A stretch of 58,018 nucleotides of DNA from Candidatus Eiseniibacteriota bacterium (GTDB taxonomy: Bacteria > Eisenbacteria > RBG-16-71-46 > DASYSL01): assembly GCA_031431875.1 (NCBI GenBank), contig JANPEF010000055.1:1-58018 (forward strand), read 5' to 3'. The notes beneath the pieces were generated by a model that searched no databases, was not told the DNA's origin, and was given only the letters and a program-made list of their open reading frames with translations. This document shows, piece by piece, positions 37,481-46,918 of this stretch. How positions within the stretch are numbered: position 1 is the stretch's first letter; every line of letters begins with the position of its first letter. The translations under genes were made by a program, and so were the position numbers.

Positions 37481-37654
37481 GCGCTTGGTAGAAAACGCTG
37501 TTCTGGATCGAGCCGAGGAGCGACTTGTTGTACGCGGTCTGACTTGGGACCTCCGGCCGCAAGCTCTCGTCCTCCTCGGCCGCTTTCTCTGCGCGATGCG
37601 CGGGAACGCGGGAAAGGTGACCTCGACGGTCGCCTCTCCCGCGTTTCTTTTTTT
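37481..37654 (+). ncRNA. Candidate structured small RNA (~170 nt)
   Basis: Own promoter, rod-like stem (37512-37520 pairs with 37572-37580), intrinsic terminator, no credible ORF. Confidence 0.5.
37605..37654 (+). terminator. Intrinsic terminator
   Basis: Stems AACGCGGGA/TCCCGCGTT and AGGTGACC/GGTCGCCT, followed by TCTTTTTTT. Confidence 0.8.
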
Positions 37655-37663
37655 GGGCTCGCG

Positions 37664-38353
37664 CTACGCGGGGTCGAGGCCGGCAGGGGAGAACAGCGCC
37701 GGTCGTCGCCCGATGACCTGACGCATCGCCCGCTGGAAGTTCGCGTACTGTCCCGAGCCCGGATGCGGAATACGCTCGAGCTCGAGGCGCGGGCCGAGCC
37801 CGGCGCGGACGAGGATCGGCTCCAGCCGGTCGTGCACCGTCACCTTGATCATCACGAGGTACTCGGGTTCGAGCCCGCGCAGCTCACGCGTGAGCCACGT
37901 CTCGGCGCAGCGCGTGACCGCCGCGCCGCGCGCTCCCTCGTCGCGCACTCCGTTGACCGCGCACTTGGCCGCATCGACCAGGTACATCCCGCGGCGCTGG
38001 AACTCGGCGAGCAGGCGCGGCTTCCACGCGGGGCGATCGCGCTTCGCCTCGGCCAGCGTGGCGCCGCACGATTCGGCCAGCGCGAGCACGTCGGCCATCG
38101 CCCAGAACAACATCGAGGGATCCTCGCCGGGCGGGCGCTCGGCGGGCAGGTAGAAGTGCGACCAGCGGCCGCGGCGGTTCTTCTGCGGCGGCGACTCGGC
38201 GACGAACAGCACCCGGACCCGCGCCGGGCGGTACGCCTCGGCCAGGCGCGAGAACGTCGCGCGGCGATCGTCCGGTGGCACGCCGAGGTCCGCGCAGCGC
38301 GTGCAGGCGGCGGACTCGGCGGCGAGTGTGGCGAGCGTGGCGGGTTCGGTCAT
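37664..38353 (-). CDS. Uracil-DNA glycosylase superfamily protein, probably Fe-S containing
   Basis: CTRC, VLFVAESPP, AAKC..RC..WL..EL, HPGS. Confidence 0.8.
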   Translation of the reverse strand: MTEPATLATLAAESAACTRCADLGVPPDDRRATFSRLAEAYRPARVRVLFVAESPPQKNRRGRWSHFYLPAERPPGEDPSMLFWAMADVLALAESCGATLAEAKRDRPAWKPRLLAEFQRRGMYLVDAAKCAVNGVRDEGARGAAVTRCAETWLTRELRGLEPEYLVMIKVTVHDRLEPILVRAGLGPRLELERIPHPGSGQYANFQRAMRQVIGRRPALFSPAGLDPA

Positions 38354-38474
38354 CTTGCCGCGCGGCGGAGACGAAGCGCTCGGAACTTCATTGGGCCCTC
38401 CCTGTTCGTGAACTCGACCCGCGACGACGGCACGCACGCTAGGGCGCGCCACGCGCCACGGCAAGCGCGAACGC

Positions 38475-38503
38475 TTGACGGGTGCACATTTGTGCAGTAG
38501 GGT
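38475..38503 (+). promoter_or_regulatory. Promoter with LexA-type SOS box
   Basis: TTGACG-N17-TAGGGT, with the palindrome TGCACATTTGTGCA (38483-38496) in the spacer. Confidence 0.8.
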
Positions 38504-38538
38504 TGTCGCATTCCCCTCCCGGTCGCCGGAGCGACCCC

Positions 38539-38793
38539 ATGCGTGTCGAACGACTCGATGAACCCGTCCGCGTGCGCGCGGACTTCGCGGGCGGCCGGGC
38601 CACGCCCGTCGTCTTCCAGCGCGGGACCCAATCGCAGCGCATCACCCGGGTCAACTCGCGCTGGGAGGACCGCGTCGGCCGCCAGCCGCTCTATTACTTC
38701 GCCTGCTCGGTCGAGTCGGGCGACGTGTACGAGCTGTGCCTGAACGCGCACGAACTCACCTGGCGCCTCACCTCGGTGATGCTCGATGGCTGA
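38539..38793 (+). CDS. Small beta protein of the mutagenesis cassette (DUF6504-like)
   Basis: RBS GGAG. P..F....RITRV..RW...YYF.....G.VYEL.......W.L pattern. Overlaps dinB. Confidence 0.75.
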   Translation: MRVERLDEPVRVRADFAGGRATPVVFQRGTQSQRITRVNSRWEDRVGRQPLYYFACSVESGDVYELCLNAHELTWRLTSVMLDG

Positions 38794-40045
38794 GCCCCTC
38801 GCGACGATTGCAACGCCGCGCGTGCAGCCCACGGCGGCCGACCTGCCCGTGCTCCACCTCGACATCGACGCGTTCTTCGCCTCGGTCGAGCAGGCGCGCG
38901 ATCCACGCCTGCGCGGGCGACCCGTGCTCGTGGGCAACGGCGTGATCGCGTCGTGCTCGTACGAGGCGCGCCGCTTCGGCCTGAAGGCGGGGACGCCGCT
39001 GAGCGAGGCGCGCCGCATCTGCCCCGACGCCGTGATCCTCGACGGCCATGCCCCGACGTACCGCGCGTTCGGCGAGCGCATCTTCGCGCTCGCGGCGCAG
39101 CTCACGCCGCACCTCGACACGTACCTCGACGAGGCGTACGGCGACCTCGCCGGTACCGAGCGCCTGCACGGCGATCCGCTGGCGCGCTGTGCGGCGTTGC
39201 GCGCCGCGATCGCCGAGGCCACCGGCGGCGTCACCGTGACCATCGGCCTGGGGCCCAATCGCATGCTGGCCAAGCTCGTGGGGAAGACCGCGAAGCCCGA
39301 CGGCCTGGCGTGGATCACCGCCGCCGAGGCCGACGGGTTCCTCGCCGGGCGCCCCGCGTCGGACATTGCCGGCGTGGGCCCGGCGATCGCCCAGCGCCTG
39401 GCGGGCATGAACGTGCACACGGTCACCGACCTCAGGCGGCTCGACGTCGCGACGCTGGCGGGCTTGTTCGGCGCCGTCGGCCCCATGCTGTACGAGCGGG
39501 CGCGCGGCCGCGACACGCGCGCGGTGTGCACCCGCGAGGTGCCGCAGACGATCTCGCGCGAGACCGCGTTTCACCGCGCCAGCGCCGACCCGGCCGAGAT
39601 CGAGGGCATGCTCCACTACCTGGCCGAGCGCGCCTGCCGCGCGACGCGCGCGCTCGGCCTCACCGCGCGCACGATCGGCCTGCGCCTGCGCTACGCCGAC
39701 GGCGTGAGCGAGGAGGGAAGGCACACGCCGGCCGTGCCCAGCGCGCTCGACCCCGACGTGCATGCCGTGGTGCGCGCGCTGCTTTCGAAGCTGTGGACGC
39801 GACGGGTGCAGCTGTCGCACGTCGGTGTCGTGCTGTCGAACTTCGCCGCACTCGATGGCGCGCCGCTCGACCTGTTCGATGGAGCCGGGCAGGACCGCGC
39901 GCACCGCCTGGTCGAAGGGCTCGACGCGGTGCGCGATCGCTACGGGCACGCGGTCGTCGTCTCGGGGCGCTCGCTCTCGCTGCTCGGCACGCTGCCGCAG
40001 GATCGCTACGGGTTCGTGCTGCGCACGCCGTCGCTGACCAAGTGA
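38786..40045 (+). CDS. dinB: Y-family DNA polymerase IV
   Basis: HLDIDAFFASVEQ, SYEARRFG, LDEAY, AKPDG. Clamp-like motif PLDLF. Confidence 0.92.
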   Translation: MAEPLATIATPRVQPTAADLPVLHLDIDAFFASVEQARDPRLRGRPVLVGNGVIASCSYEARRFGLKAGTPLSEARRICPDAVILDGHAPTYRAFGERIFALAAQLTPHLDTYLDEAYGDLAGTERLHGDPLARCAALRAAIAEATGGVTVTIGLGPNRMLAKLVGKTAKPDGLAWITAAEADGFLAGRPASDIAGVGPAIAQRLAGMNVHTVTDLRRLDVATLAGLFGAVGPMLYERARGRDTRAVCTREVPQTISRETAFHRASADPAEIEGMLHYLAERACRATRALGLTARTIGLRLRYADGVSEEGRHTPAVPSALDPDVHAVVRALLSKLWTRRVQLSHVGVVLSNFAALDGAPLDLFDGAGQDRAHRLVEGLDAVRDRYGHAVVVSGRSLSLLGTLPQDRYGFVLRTPSLTK

Positions 40046-43000
40046 GCCCGGGGGCGGGGGGCGGCGCGGCGCCGCTCGCGGTGCGCTCGGACGGCTCGCT
40101 GTTGCGCGGGCGGGTCGCGGTCGGCGACCTGGTCGCGCGGGCGGCGACCCTCGGCTACGGCGCGCTCGGTCTGGCCGACCGCGACGGGCTGTACGCCAGC
40201 GTGCGCTTCGTCGAGGCGTGCCGCGCGCACGGGTTGCGCCCGGTCGTCGGCGTCGAGTTGCCGGCGGGGCCGGTGGGCAAGGCCGCCGCGGCGCAGCGCC
40301 TCGACGGGCCGCCGGTGGTACGCGTGTTCGCGCGCGATCGCGCCGGCTGGTCGGCGCTGTGCCGGCTCGTCACCGCGCGGCATCTCGCTTCCGACACGCC
40401 GTGGGACGAGGCGTGCGCCGAGGCTCTGGCGGGCGGCTCGGTGCACGCGGTCGCGCGCACGATCGACGCGGCGATCGCGCTGCTGGCGGCGTGCCGCGCG
40501 CGCGGCGTCGACCCGGCACGGCGGCTGTGGCTCGGCGCCGAGACGCCGGGCGCCGACGGCGCGCGCGCCCGTGCGGCCGATCAAGCGGCGACGCGGCTCG
40601 GACTGGCCGCGGTGGCGACCGGGCGCGTGACCGGGATCGCACCGGGCGACGGGCGGCTCGAGCGCACACTCGCGGCGGTGCGGCGCAACGAACTGGTGGC
40701 GCGCGTGGCGCCGGCCGATGCGCTCGACGGCGCCGATCCGCGCACCGCCGTGCTCGAGCCGGCGGCAGCGTGGCGCGCGCGCTGGGAGGCCGTGGGGCGC
40801 GAGGGCGCGCGGCTCGTCGCCGCGAACGCGGAGCTGATCGCCGACTGCAGGCTCGACCTCACGCTGGGCGTGCCGCGCTTTCCGGTCGCGCCGGTGCCTG
40901 CGGGGATCGCACCGTACGAGTGGCTGCGCTCGCGCTGCGAGGAGGGGATCGCGCGGCGCTACCCCTCGCCGCCGGCGGCGCGTGCGGCGCGGCGGCGGCT
41001 GGCACTCGAGCTGGAGACGATCGACCGCCTGGGCTTCACGCCGTACTTCACGCTGGTCGCGGACATCGTGGGCTTCGCCGTCGCCGCGGGCATCCCGAGC
41101 GTGGGCCGCGGCTCGGGCGCGGCGTCGATCGTCAGCTACGTGCTCGGCATCACGAACGTCGACCCGCTGCGCTACCGCCTTGCGTTCGAGCGCTTCCTCC
41201 ACGCCGAGCGGCGCGACTGCCCCGACCTCGACATCGACCTGTGCTGGATCCGTCGCGACGAGGTGATCGCACACGTCTACCGCACGTACGGGGCCGAGCG
41301 CGTGGCGACGATCTCGACCCAGTGCACGCTCGGCCCGCGCGGAGCGTTTCGCGAGGCGGCGAAAGCGCACGCCGTCGCGCCGCCGGTGGTCGATCGCCTC
41401 GCGCGCTTCGTCCCGCGCGACGAGACCGGGCTCGGCCCCGACGCGCCCGCGGGAGCGCTCGCGGCGCTGCTGGCCGCGCCGGCGGCGCGCCACGGGATCG
41501 ACCTCGCCGAGCCGGCGCTCGCGGCGGCGCTGGCCGACACGCCGGCGATGGTCGGCGTGATCGACCACCTGGGCATGCACCCGTGCGGGCTCGTCATCGC
41601 CGACACGGCGCTCACCGACTACACCGCGCTCGAGGAGGCGACCAAGGGCTTTGTGGTCACGCAGCACGAGATGCGGCAGATCGAGGCGCTGGGCCTGGTC
41701 AAGATGGACCTGCTGGGCAACCGCGCGCTGACCGAGATCGGCGACACGATCGCGCGCGTGAGCGCCGTCACCGGCGGGCGCGTCGTGCCGCGCGTCGACC
41801 CGCCGCCCGACGGCGACCCGACGACGGCGGCGATGCTGGCCGCGGGCGACGCGCTGGGCGTCTTCCAGTTGGAGTCGCCCGGGATGCGCAACCTGCTGCG
41901 CATGCTCGATGCACGCGACCTCGACGACACGATCGCCGCCGTCGCGCTGATCCGCCCCGGGCCGGCGGGCACCGGCATGAAGGACCTGTACGTGCGCCGC
42001 AAGCGCGGGCTCGAGCCGGTCACCTACGGGCACCCGCGGCTCGAGCCGGTGCTCGCGCCGCAGCGCGGCGTGCTGCTCTATGAAGAGGACGTGATGGCCG
42101 TCGTCGCGGCGTTGTGCGACGTGACGCTGGCGCAGGGCGACCTGTTCCGTCGCGCGCTGGGCGGCACGCGGAGCGAGGACGATCGCGCGGCGCTCAGGCG
42201 CTGGTTCGCGCACCGTGCGCGCGCCGCGGGCCTCACGCCGGACGAGGCGCGGCGCGCCTGGGGGGAGGTGTCGCGCTTCGGCGCGTACGCGTTCTGCCGT
42301 GCGCATGCCGCGGGCTACGGCGTGCTCGCCTGGCAGGCCGCGTACCTGCGCGCCCACTGGCCGGCCGCGTTCGCCTCGGCGCTGGCCGACCATCACGCGG
42401 GGATGTACGCGCTGTGGGCGCACGTCGCCGACGCCCAGCGCCACGGCGTGCGCTTTGTACTGCCGTGCGTGAACGCCTCGGCGGCGGGCTTCACGCTCGA
42501 GGGCGACCCGGTCGAAGGGCCGGTGCGCGTGGGGCTGTCGCGCGTCGGTGGGCTGTCGCAGAAGACGATCGCGCGCACGCTGGCGGCGCGGGTCGAAGGC
42601 GGTGCGGCGGGCGGTGCGTTCGGCTCGCTCGCCGACTGGCTGGGTCGTGTGCAGCCGGCGGCCGGTGAGGCGGAGACGCTGGTGCGGGCGGGTGGATTCG
42701 ACTTCACGGGCCGAGGGCGGGCGTCGCTTCTCGTCGAACTTGGAGCGACCGGCGCCGCTTATCGCGGCGCCGAACAGGAAGGCGCGTTCCGCGTGCGCGC
42801 CTCGCCGCTGCCGCCGCCCGAGGTGCCCGAGTTCGCGCCGTGGGCGCGGCTCATGCACGAGTGGAACGCGATCGAGCTGGGCGTGACCGCGCATCCGCTC
42901 GCCGCGTTCGCGCCCGCGCTGTGGCCGGCCGATCGCCCGTCACGCGCGCGGGCGGCCGACGCGCCGCGCGGCTTCGACGCGGCGTGCGCGCTGGAGGAGA

Positions 43001-43335
43001 GGAAGGGCAAGCGCGTGCGCGTGACCGGGCTCATGGCCGCCGCCCGCCGCGTGCCGACGAAGGACGGGAAGCGCATGTACTTCCTCACGCTCGACGACGG
43101 CACGGGGCTGGTCGAATGCACGCTGTTCCCGGACGTGTACGGCCGCTGCGCGGGGGAGCTGTCAGGAAGCGGGCCCTACGTCGTCGAGGGCACGGTCGAG
43201 TCGCAGTACGGCGAGATCACGGTGACGGCCACGTCGTGCCGGCAGATGAACGCGACAGAGGCGGGGCGGGACTCGGCGGGGTCCCGGCGCGCGGAGCGGG
43301 CGCAGGAGCCGGCGAGCCGGTACGGGACGGGGTAA
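40042..43335 (+). CDS. dnaE2: Error-prone DNA polymerase III alpha-like (DnaE2 type)
   Basis: GTGA coupling. Degenerate PHP domain, GRGSGAAS, PDLDIDL, KMDLLG, VFQLES and a C-terminal OB fold. Confidence 0.85.
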   Translation: MSPGAGGGAAPLAVRSDGSLLRGRVAVGDLVARAATLGYGALGLADRDGLYASVRFVEACRAHGLRPVVGVELPAGPVGKAAAAQRLDGPPVVRVFARDRAGWSALCRLVTARHLASDTPWDEACAEALAGGSVHAVARTIDAAIALLAACRARGVDPARRLWLGAETPGADGARARAADQAATRLGLAAVATGRVTGIAPGDGRLERTLAAVRRNELVARVAPADALDGADPRTAVLEPAAAWRARWEAVGREGARLVAANAELIADCRLDLTLGVPRFPVAPVPAGIAPYEWLRSRCEEGIARRYPSPPAARAARRRLALELETIDRLGFTPYFTLVADIVGFAVAAGIPSVGRGSGAASIVSYVLGITNVDPLRYRLAFERFLHAERRDCPDLDIDLCWIRRDEVIAHVYRTYGAERVATISTQCTLGPRGAFREAAKAHAVAPPVVDRLARFVPRDETGLGPDAPAGALAALLAAPAARHGIDLAEPALAAALADTPAMVGVIDHLGMHPCGLVIADTALTDYTALEEATKGFVVTQHEMRQIEALGLVKMDLLGNRALTEIGDTIARVSAVTGGRVVPRVDPPPDGDPTTAAMLAAGDALGVFQLESPGMRNLLRMLDARDLDDTIAAVALIRPGPAGTGMKDLYVRRKRGLEPVTYGHPRLEPVLAPQRGVLLYEEDVMAVVAALCDVTLAQGDLFRRALGGTRSEDDRAALRRWFAHRARAAGLTPDEARRAWGEVSRFGAYAFCRAHAAGYGVLAWQAAYLRAHWPAAFASALADHHAGMYALWAHVADAQRHGVRFVLPCVNASAAGFTLEGDPVEGPVRVGLSRVGGLSQKTIARTLAARVEGGAAGGAFGSLADWLGRVQPAAGEAETLVRAGGFDFTGRGRASLLVELGATGAAYRGAEQEGAFRVRASPLPPPEVPEFAPWARLMHEWNAIELGVTAHPLAAFAPALWPADRPSRARAADAPRGFDAACALEERKGKRVRVTGLMAAARRVPTKDGKRMYFLTLDDGTGLVECTLFPDVYGRCAGELSGSGPYVVEGTVESQYGEITVTATSCRQMNATEAGRDSAGSRRAERAQEPASRYGTG

Positions 43336-43343
43336 AGAAGGGG

Positions 43344-43372
43344 TGGACACAATGTCAGTACTGACATATGAT
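43344..43372 (+). promoter_or_regulatory. TA promoter with perfect 16-bp operator
   Basis: TGGACA-N17-TATGAT, with the palindrome ATGTCAGTACTGACAT at 43352-43367. Confidence 0.8.
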
Positions 43373-43380
43373 GGTGGAAC

Positions 43381-43713
43381 GTGAGTCCGACGGACAAGCC
43401 GTTGGTCTGGCTGCATGGGGCGGTCCAATCGCCGCCCTTCGGGAGGGATGCGCGAATCGAGGCGGGGCACCTGCTTCGAAGGCTGCAGGCAGGGCGCAGC
43501 CTCGGGATGCCAGACTCGCGAACGCTGCCGTCGATTGGCCGGCGATGTCAGGAGTTGCGCATCGTCGACCGCGAGGCCACGTGGCGGATCGTGTACCGCA
43601 TCGATCGGGATGCAATCGTGATTCTCGAAGTGTTTGCCAAGAAGACCCCGCAGACACCGCGGACGGTCATCGAGGCATGCCGCGAAAGACTGAAGGAGTA
43701 CGACGATGCATGA
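43381..43713 (+). CDS. RelE/HigB-type toxin (Gp49-like)
   Basis: ELRI...TWRIVYRI...IVIL.VF.KKT.QTP. Toxin-first gene order. Confidence 0.88.
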   Translation: MSPTDKPLVWLHGAVQSPPFGRDARIEAGHLLRRLQAGRSLGMPDSRTLPSIGRRCQELRIVDREATWRIVYRIDRDAIVILEVFAKKTPQTPRTVIEACRERLKEYDDA

Positions 43714-44035
43714 CGCGAAGAAACGGCGGCTCATCGCGAAGGGATGGCGGGTCGGAGGTGCTGCGGAGTTCCTCGGGCTCTCCCCCGAGGAGAGCGCGTA
43801 CATCGAGCTGAGAGTTCGCCTCGCGGAGGGCCTGCGGCGACGCAGACTCGATGGGGGAATGACTCAACTCGAGCTCGCGAAGGCCGTCGGGTCGAGTCAG
43901 TCCCGGGTTGCGAAGATGGAAGCTGGAGACCCGACCGTCGCGCTCGATCTGCTGATTCGCTCCCTGATCGTACTTGGCGTTACGCCCGGGGGCCTGGCGA
44001 GGATCATCGAGTCGCGCAGGCGCCGCGCGGCGTGA
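43706..44035 (+). CDS. XRE HTH antitoxin (HigA-like)
   Basis: MTQLELAKAVGSSQSRVAKMEAGDP. Confidence 0.88.
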   Translation: MHDAKKRRLIAKGWRVGGAAEFLGLSPEESAYIELRVRLAEGLRRRRLDGGMTQLELAKAVGSSQSRVAKMEAGDPTVALDLLIRSLIVLGVTPGGLARIIESRRRRAA

Positions 44036-44042
44036 GTTGTGG

Positions 44043-44744
44043 CTAGCGCCGGGGAGCCCTGCGCATCAGCCGTTCGCGAGCCTCGTGAACCCGATCATCC
44101 CGCACCGGGATCAACACTTCGGAACTCGGAATGTCGCTGCCCGCGGGGAAGGACACGACGCGGTAGTAGCGAATATCACCCAGTGCCGAATCAGGACGTG
44201 CGAGCGTGAAGTCCGCACCGAGAAGCCGGGGTGCCGCGGGTTCGGCCGTGGGCAGAAAGCGCGCAGCGATGGACGCCATCGGGACGAGCACTTCGCGGAG
44301 CTGTCCGACCTCGACGAAGAGCCCGTTCAAATCGAGTTGAACGAGCAACGAGTCGGCGTCCGAGAACGGCGCACGGAGCGAATGCAAGCGCGTGTAGGCC
44401 GCGAGGTCGACGGGCGGCAGGTCGAGTTCCTTGCTCGTGAGCACGAAAGTCTGCATGTCGCTCTCGATGTCGACGGTCCGGATCGGAACGGTCTCGAGAA
44501 CGCGTCCAGATCGCTTGTCGATACGCGCGATCGACCAGGACTCACGGGACTTGTAGTAGCTCCCCTCATTGACCATCTGGGTGATCAGGACGACATACTC
44601 TTTCGCGTTTTCGCCGAAGAGCGCCTCGCGACGCCAGGTCGCGGCCCCGGGTGTCGCGGGCACCTGCGAGACGAGGCCCATGACGAGACCCGCTGCGATC
44701 GCGCCCCGAAGACCCCAACGACCGCCGACGCCTCGATGTCTCAC
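44043..44744 (-). CDS. Hypothetical secreted protein
   Basis: GTG overlaps the GNAT stop. Signal-like N-terminus and lower GC. Confidence 0.6.
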   Translation of the reverse strand: MRHRGVGGRWGLRGAIAAGLVMGLVSQVPATPGAATWRREALFGENAKEYVVLITQMVNEGSYYKSRESWSIARIDKRSGRVLETVPIRTVDIESDMQTFVLTSKELDLPPVDLAAYTRLHSLRAPFSDADSLLVQLDLNGLFVEVGQLREVLVPMASIAARFLPTAEPAAPRLLGADFTLARPDSALGDIRYYRVVSFPAGSDIPSSEVLIPVRDDRVHEARERLMRRAPRR

Positions 44745-45202
44745 CCCCGTGCCGCCGATTGCGCCTGCACGAGGACGAGCCGCACTTCGTCGCCTTCCTC
44801 GTTCTCGAAGCGGAAGCCGCACTTCTCGAGCACGCGGCGCGAGGCGACGTTGTGCGGCGCGAGGACGGCGTGCAGCGGGCGGACCGTGATGAGGTCGAGG
44901 AACTGCATGAGCGCGCGGGTGGCGATGCCGCGGCCCCAGAACTCGCGGCCGATCCAGTAGCCGACCTCGCGGGCGCCGACCTGCTCGAAGCTCACGAGGT
45001 TTCCGGCGACGTGGCCCTCGACGAGGATGGTGCGCAGGACGATCGATGTGTCGGCGCGGATCTTCGCCCAGTGCGCGTCGAACGCGGCCTGGTCGCGCGC
45101 GGGGAACGAGGCCATGCGATTCGACTCGGGGTCGCTCTGGTGGAGAAAGAAGATCGGCAGGTCCTCGTCCTGCACCTCGCGCAGCGTGACCGCACCGCTC
45201 AT
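44741..45202 (-). CDS. GNAT acetyltransferase (RimJ/RimL)
   Basis: EVGYWIGREFWGRGIAT and NVASRRVLEKCGF. Confidence 0.9.
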   Translation of the reverse strand: MSGAVTLREVQDEDLPIFFLHQSDPESNRMASFPARDQAAFDAHWAKIRADTSIVLRTILVEGHVAGNLVSFEQVGAREVGYWIGREFWGRGIATRALMQFLDLITVRPLHAVLAPHNVASRRVLEKCGFRFENEEGDEVRLVLVQAQSAARG

Positions 45203-45771
45203 CGCGTCCTCCGTCCTTGCGCGTCCGGGGTCAGCAGGGCCCGGAGCTTCTCCATCGTGGCGGCGTTGCGAGCCGTGACACGGTCGCCGAGCGTGCGGTC
45301 GACGACCGTCGCCAGACGGCCCGCGAGGGTCCCGGCCGGACAATGAAGATACGCCGCCCGGGGGCCGAGGGCGAGTGTCTCGGGAGACCAGTCCTCCCGG
45401 GCCTGGGATTTCAGGAGGGCCAGGTCGGCCGGGTCGCGCGGGATGGCGAACAGGAAGCGCGACGGTTCGGCGGCGGCGGCGGCCCGCAGCGGATTGTCCG
45501 CGAGGATCGAGCCGAACTCGGCGGCGGTGAGCACGGTGACCCGGGAAGCCACGCCCAGCTCCGCGAGCAGGGTCGTTTCGATCCGCAACGCGAGTTCGCC
45601 TTGAGGCATGGCCTTTCGGGCCGGAGTGAAGACCACGTTGCCACTGTTGAGCAGGGTGCGGACCTCGGCGTAGCCCATCGCCTCGAGCAAGGCGCGCAGG
45701 TCGGCCATGGCGATGCGCTTCGCCTTGCCGACGTTGATGCCGCGCAGCAGGGCCACGTGGGTGGCGGTCAT
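45199..45771 (-). CDS. DUF1697 family protein
   Basis: ALLRGINVG, VRTLLNSGNVVF, TARN..T..KL. Confidence 0.88.
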   Translation of the reverse strand: MTATHVALLRGINVGKAKRIAMADLRALLEAMGYAEVRTLLNSGNVVFTPARKAMPQGELALRIETTLLAELGVASRVTVLTAAEFGSILADNPLRAAAAAEPSRFLFAIPRDPADLALLKSQAREDWSPETLALGPRAAYLHCPAGTLAGRLATVVDRTLGDRVTARNAATMEKLRALLTPDAQGRRTR

Positions 45772-45793
45772 CGGGTTTCCTCGCCGTGGTAGA

Positions 45794-46918
45794 GTGCGCC
45801 CGAAATGCACGGGGGAGTCGCCCTCGCGCCCGCGCCGCAGGGAGAACCATTCCATCCGATCCCAGGAACATCATTGGATTGCCGGTCCGGGCCTGGCCCT
45901 GGTCGCGGCCCTTGCTCTCGGGTTCGCCGGTTGTGGCGCGCCTGGGGGTGGCGGCGACGCGGACTCGACGGCGACCAGGGCGAGCGTCGCGCCCGATCGC
46001 CTGCGCGGCGTCGAGCCGCCGAACCCGGAGCCCAAGCCGGCGTTCACTCTGACCGACCTCGACGGCCGCCGCTACGACTTCCTCGCCGAGACGGCCGGGC
46101 GGCTGACCTTCCTGTTCTTCGGCTACACGCATTGCCCCGACATCTGTCCCGTGCACCTGGCGAACCTCGCTGCCGCGCTGGCGCGCCTGCCGCGCGCCGA
46201 CGCCGACCGCGTGCGCGTGGTCTTCGTCACGACCGATCCGCAGCGCGACACGCCCGAGCGGATGAAGCGCTGGCTCGGCGCGTTCGATCCGGCGTTCGTG
46301 GGGCTCACCGGGTCCCGCGCCGAGCTCGAGGCCGCGCAACGCGCGGCGGGGGTGGCACCGACGGTCGCCCAGCCGGCGCCGGGGGACACGGGCTACGCGG
46401 TCGGACACGCCGCGCAGGTGATCGCCTACGGGCCCGACGGGAACATGCGCGCGCAGTATCCGTTCGGGACTCGACAGAAGGACTGGGCGCACGATCTACC
46501 GATCCTGCTCGGCCTGGCGCGCGCGCCGGACGCAGCGGGGGACGTGCGGGTCAGCGGCGGCTATGCGCGCATCATGCCGACGCGCGACGTGGGCGCGGGA
46601 TACTTCACGATCGTCAACCGGGGGACGTCGACCGACACGCTGCGCGGCGTCGCCGTCGCGCACGCCGTGAACGCCGAGCTGCACACCATGCGTGAGACCG
46701 GCGGGCTCGTGCGCATGGTGCCGCTTGGGCCGTACGCAATCGCTTCGGGCGACTCCCTGCGTCTGCGCGAGGGCGGCGATCATCTCATGTTCGACCTGCC
46801 GGCCGGCTCGCCGGCCGCAGCGGCCGAGACGCTCGACGTGACGCTGCGCTTCGCTCGCCGGGGCGACGTTCTCCTACGCCTGCCCGTGCGCGCGTACGGG
46901 GACGAGGGCGCGCGATGA
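45794..46918 (+). CDS. SCO1/SenC-PCuAC copper chaperone fusion lipoprotein
   Basis: Lipobox FAGC, SCO motif FFGYTHCPDICP..H, PCuAC motif ELHTM..RM..GGDHLM. Start codon uncertain. Confidence 0.85.
   Translation: MRPKCTGESPSRPRRRENHSIRSQEHHWIAGPGLALVAALALGFAGCGAPGGGGDADSTATRASVAPDRLRGVEPPNPEPKPAFTLTDLDGRRYDFLAETAGRLTFLFFGYTHCPDICPVHLANLAAALARLPRADADRVRVVFVTTDPQRDTPERMKRWLGAFDPAFVGLTGSRAELEAAQRAAGVAPTVAQPAPGDTGYAVGHAAQVIAYGPDGNMRAQYPFGTRQKDWAHDLPILLGLARAPDAAGDVRVSGGYARIMPTRDVGAGYFTIVNRGTSTDTLRGVAVAHAVNAELHTMRETGGLVRMVPLGPYAIASGDSLRLREGGDHLMFDLPAGSPAAAAETLDVTLRFARRGDVLLRLPVRAYGDEGAR

Noticed and set aside
37485..37721. 78-aa ORF in the sRNA region
   Set aside because: It has no RBS, runs through the terminator and has no recognisable motif.
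38953..40041. 1460-aa DnaE with a long N-terminal extension
   Set aside because: The extension is an off-frame reading of dinB. The real start is GTG 40042.
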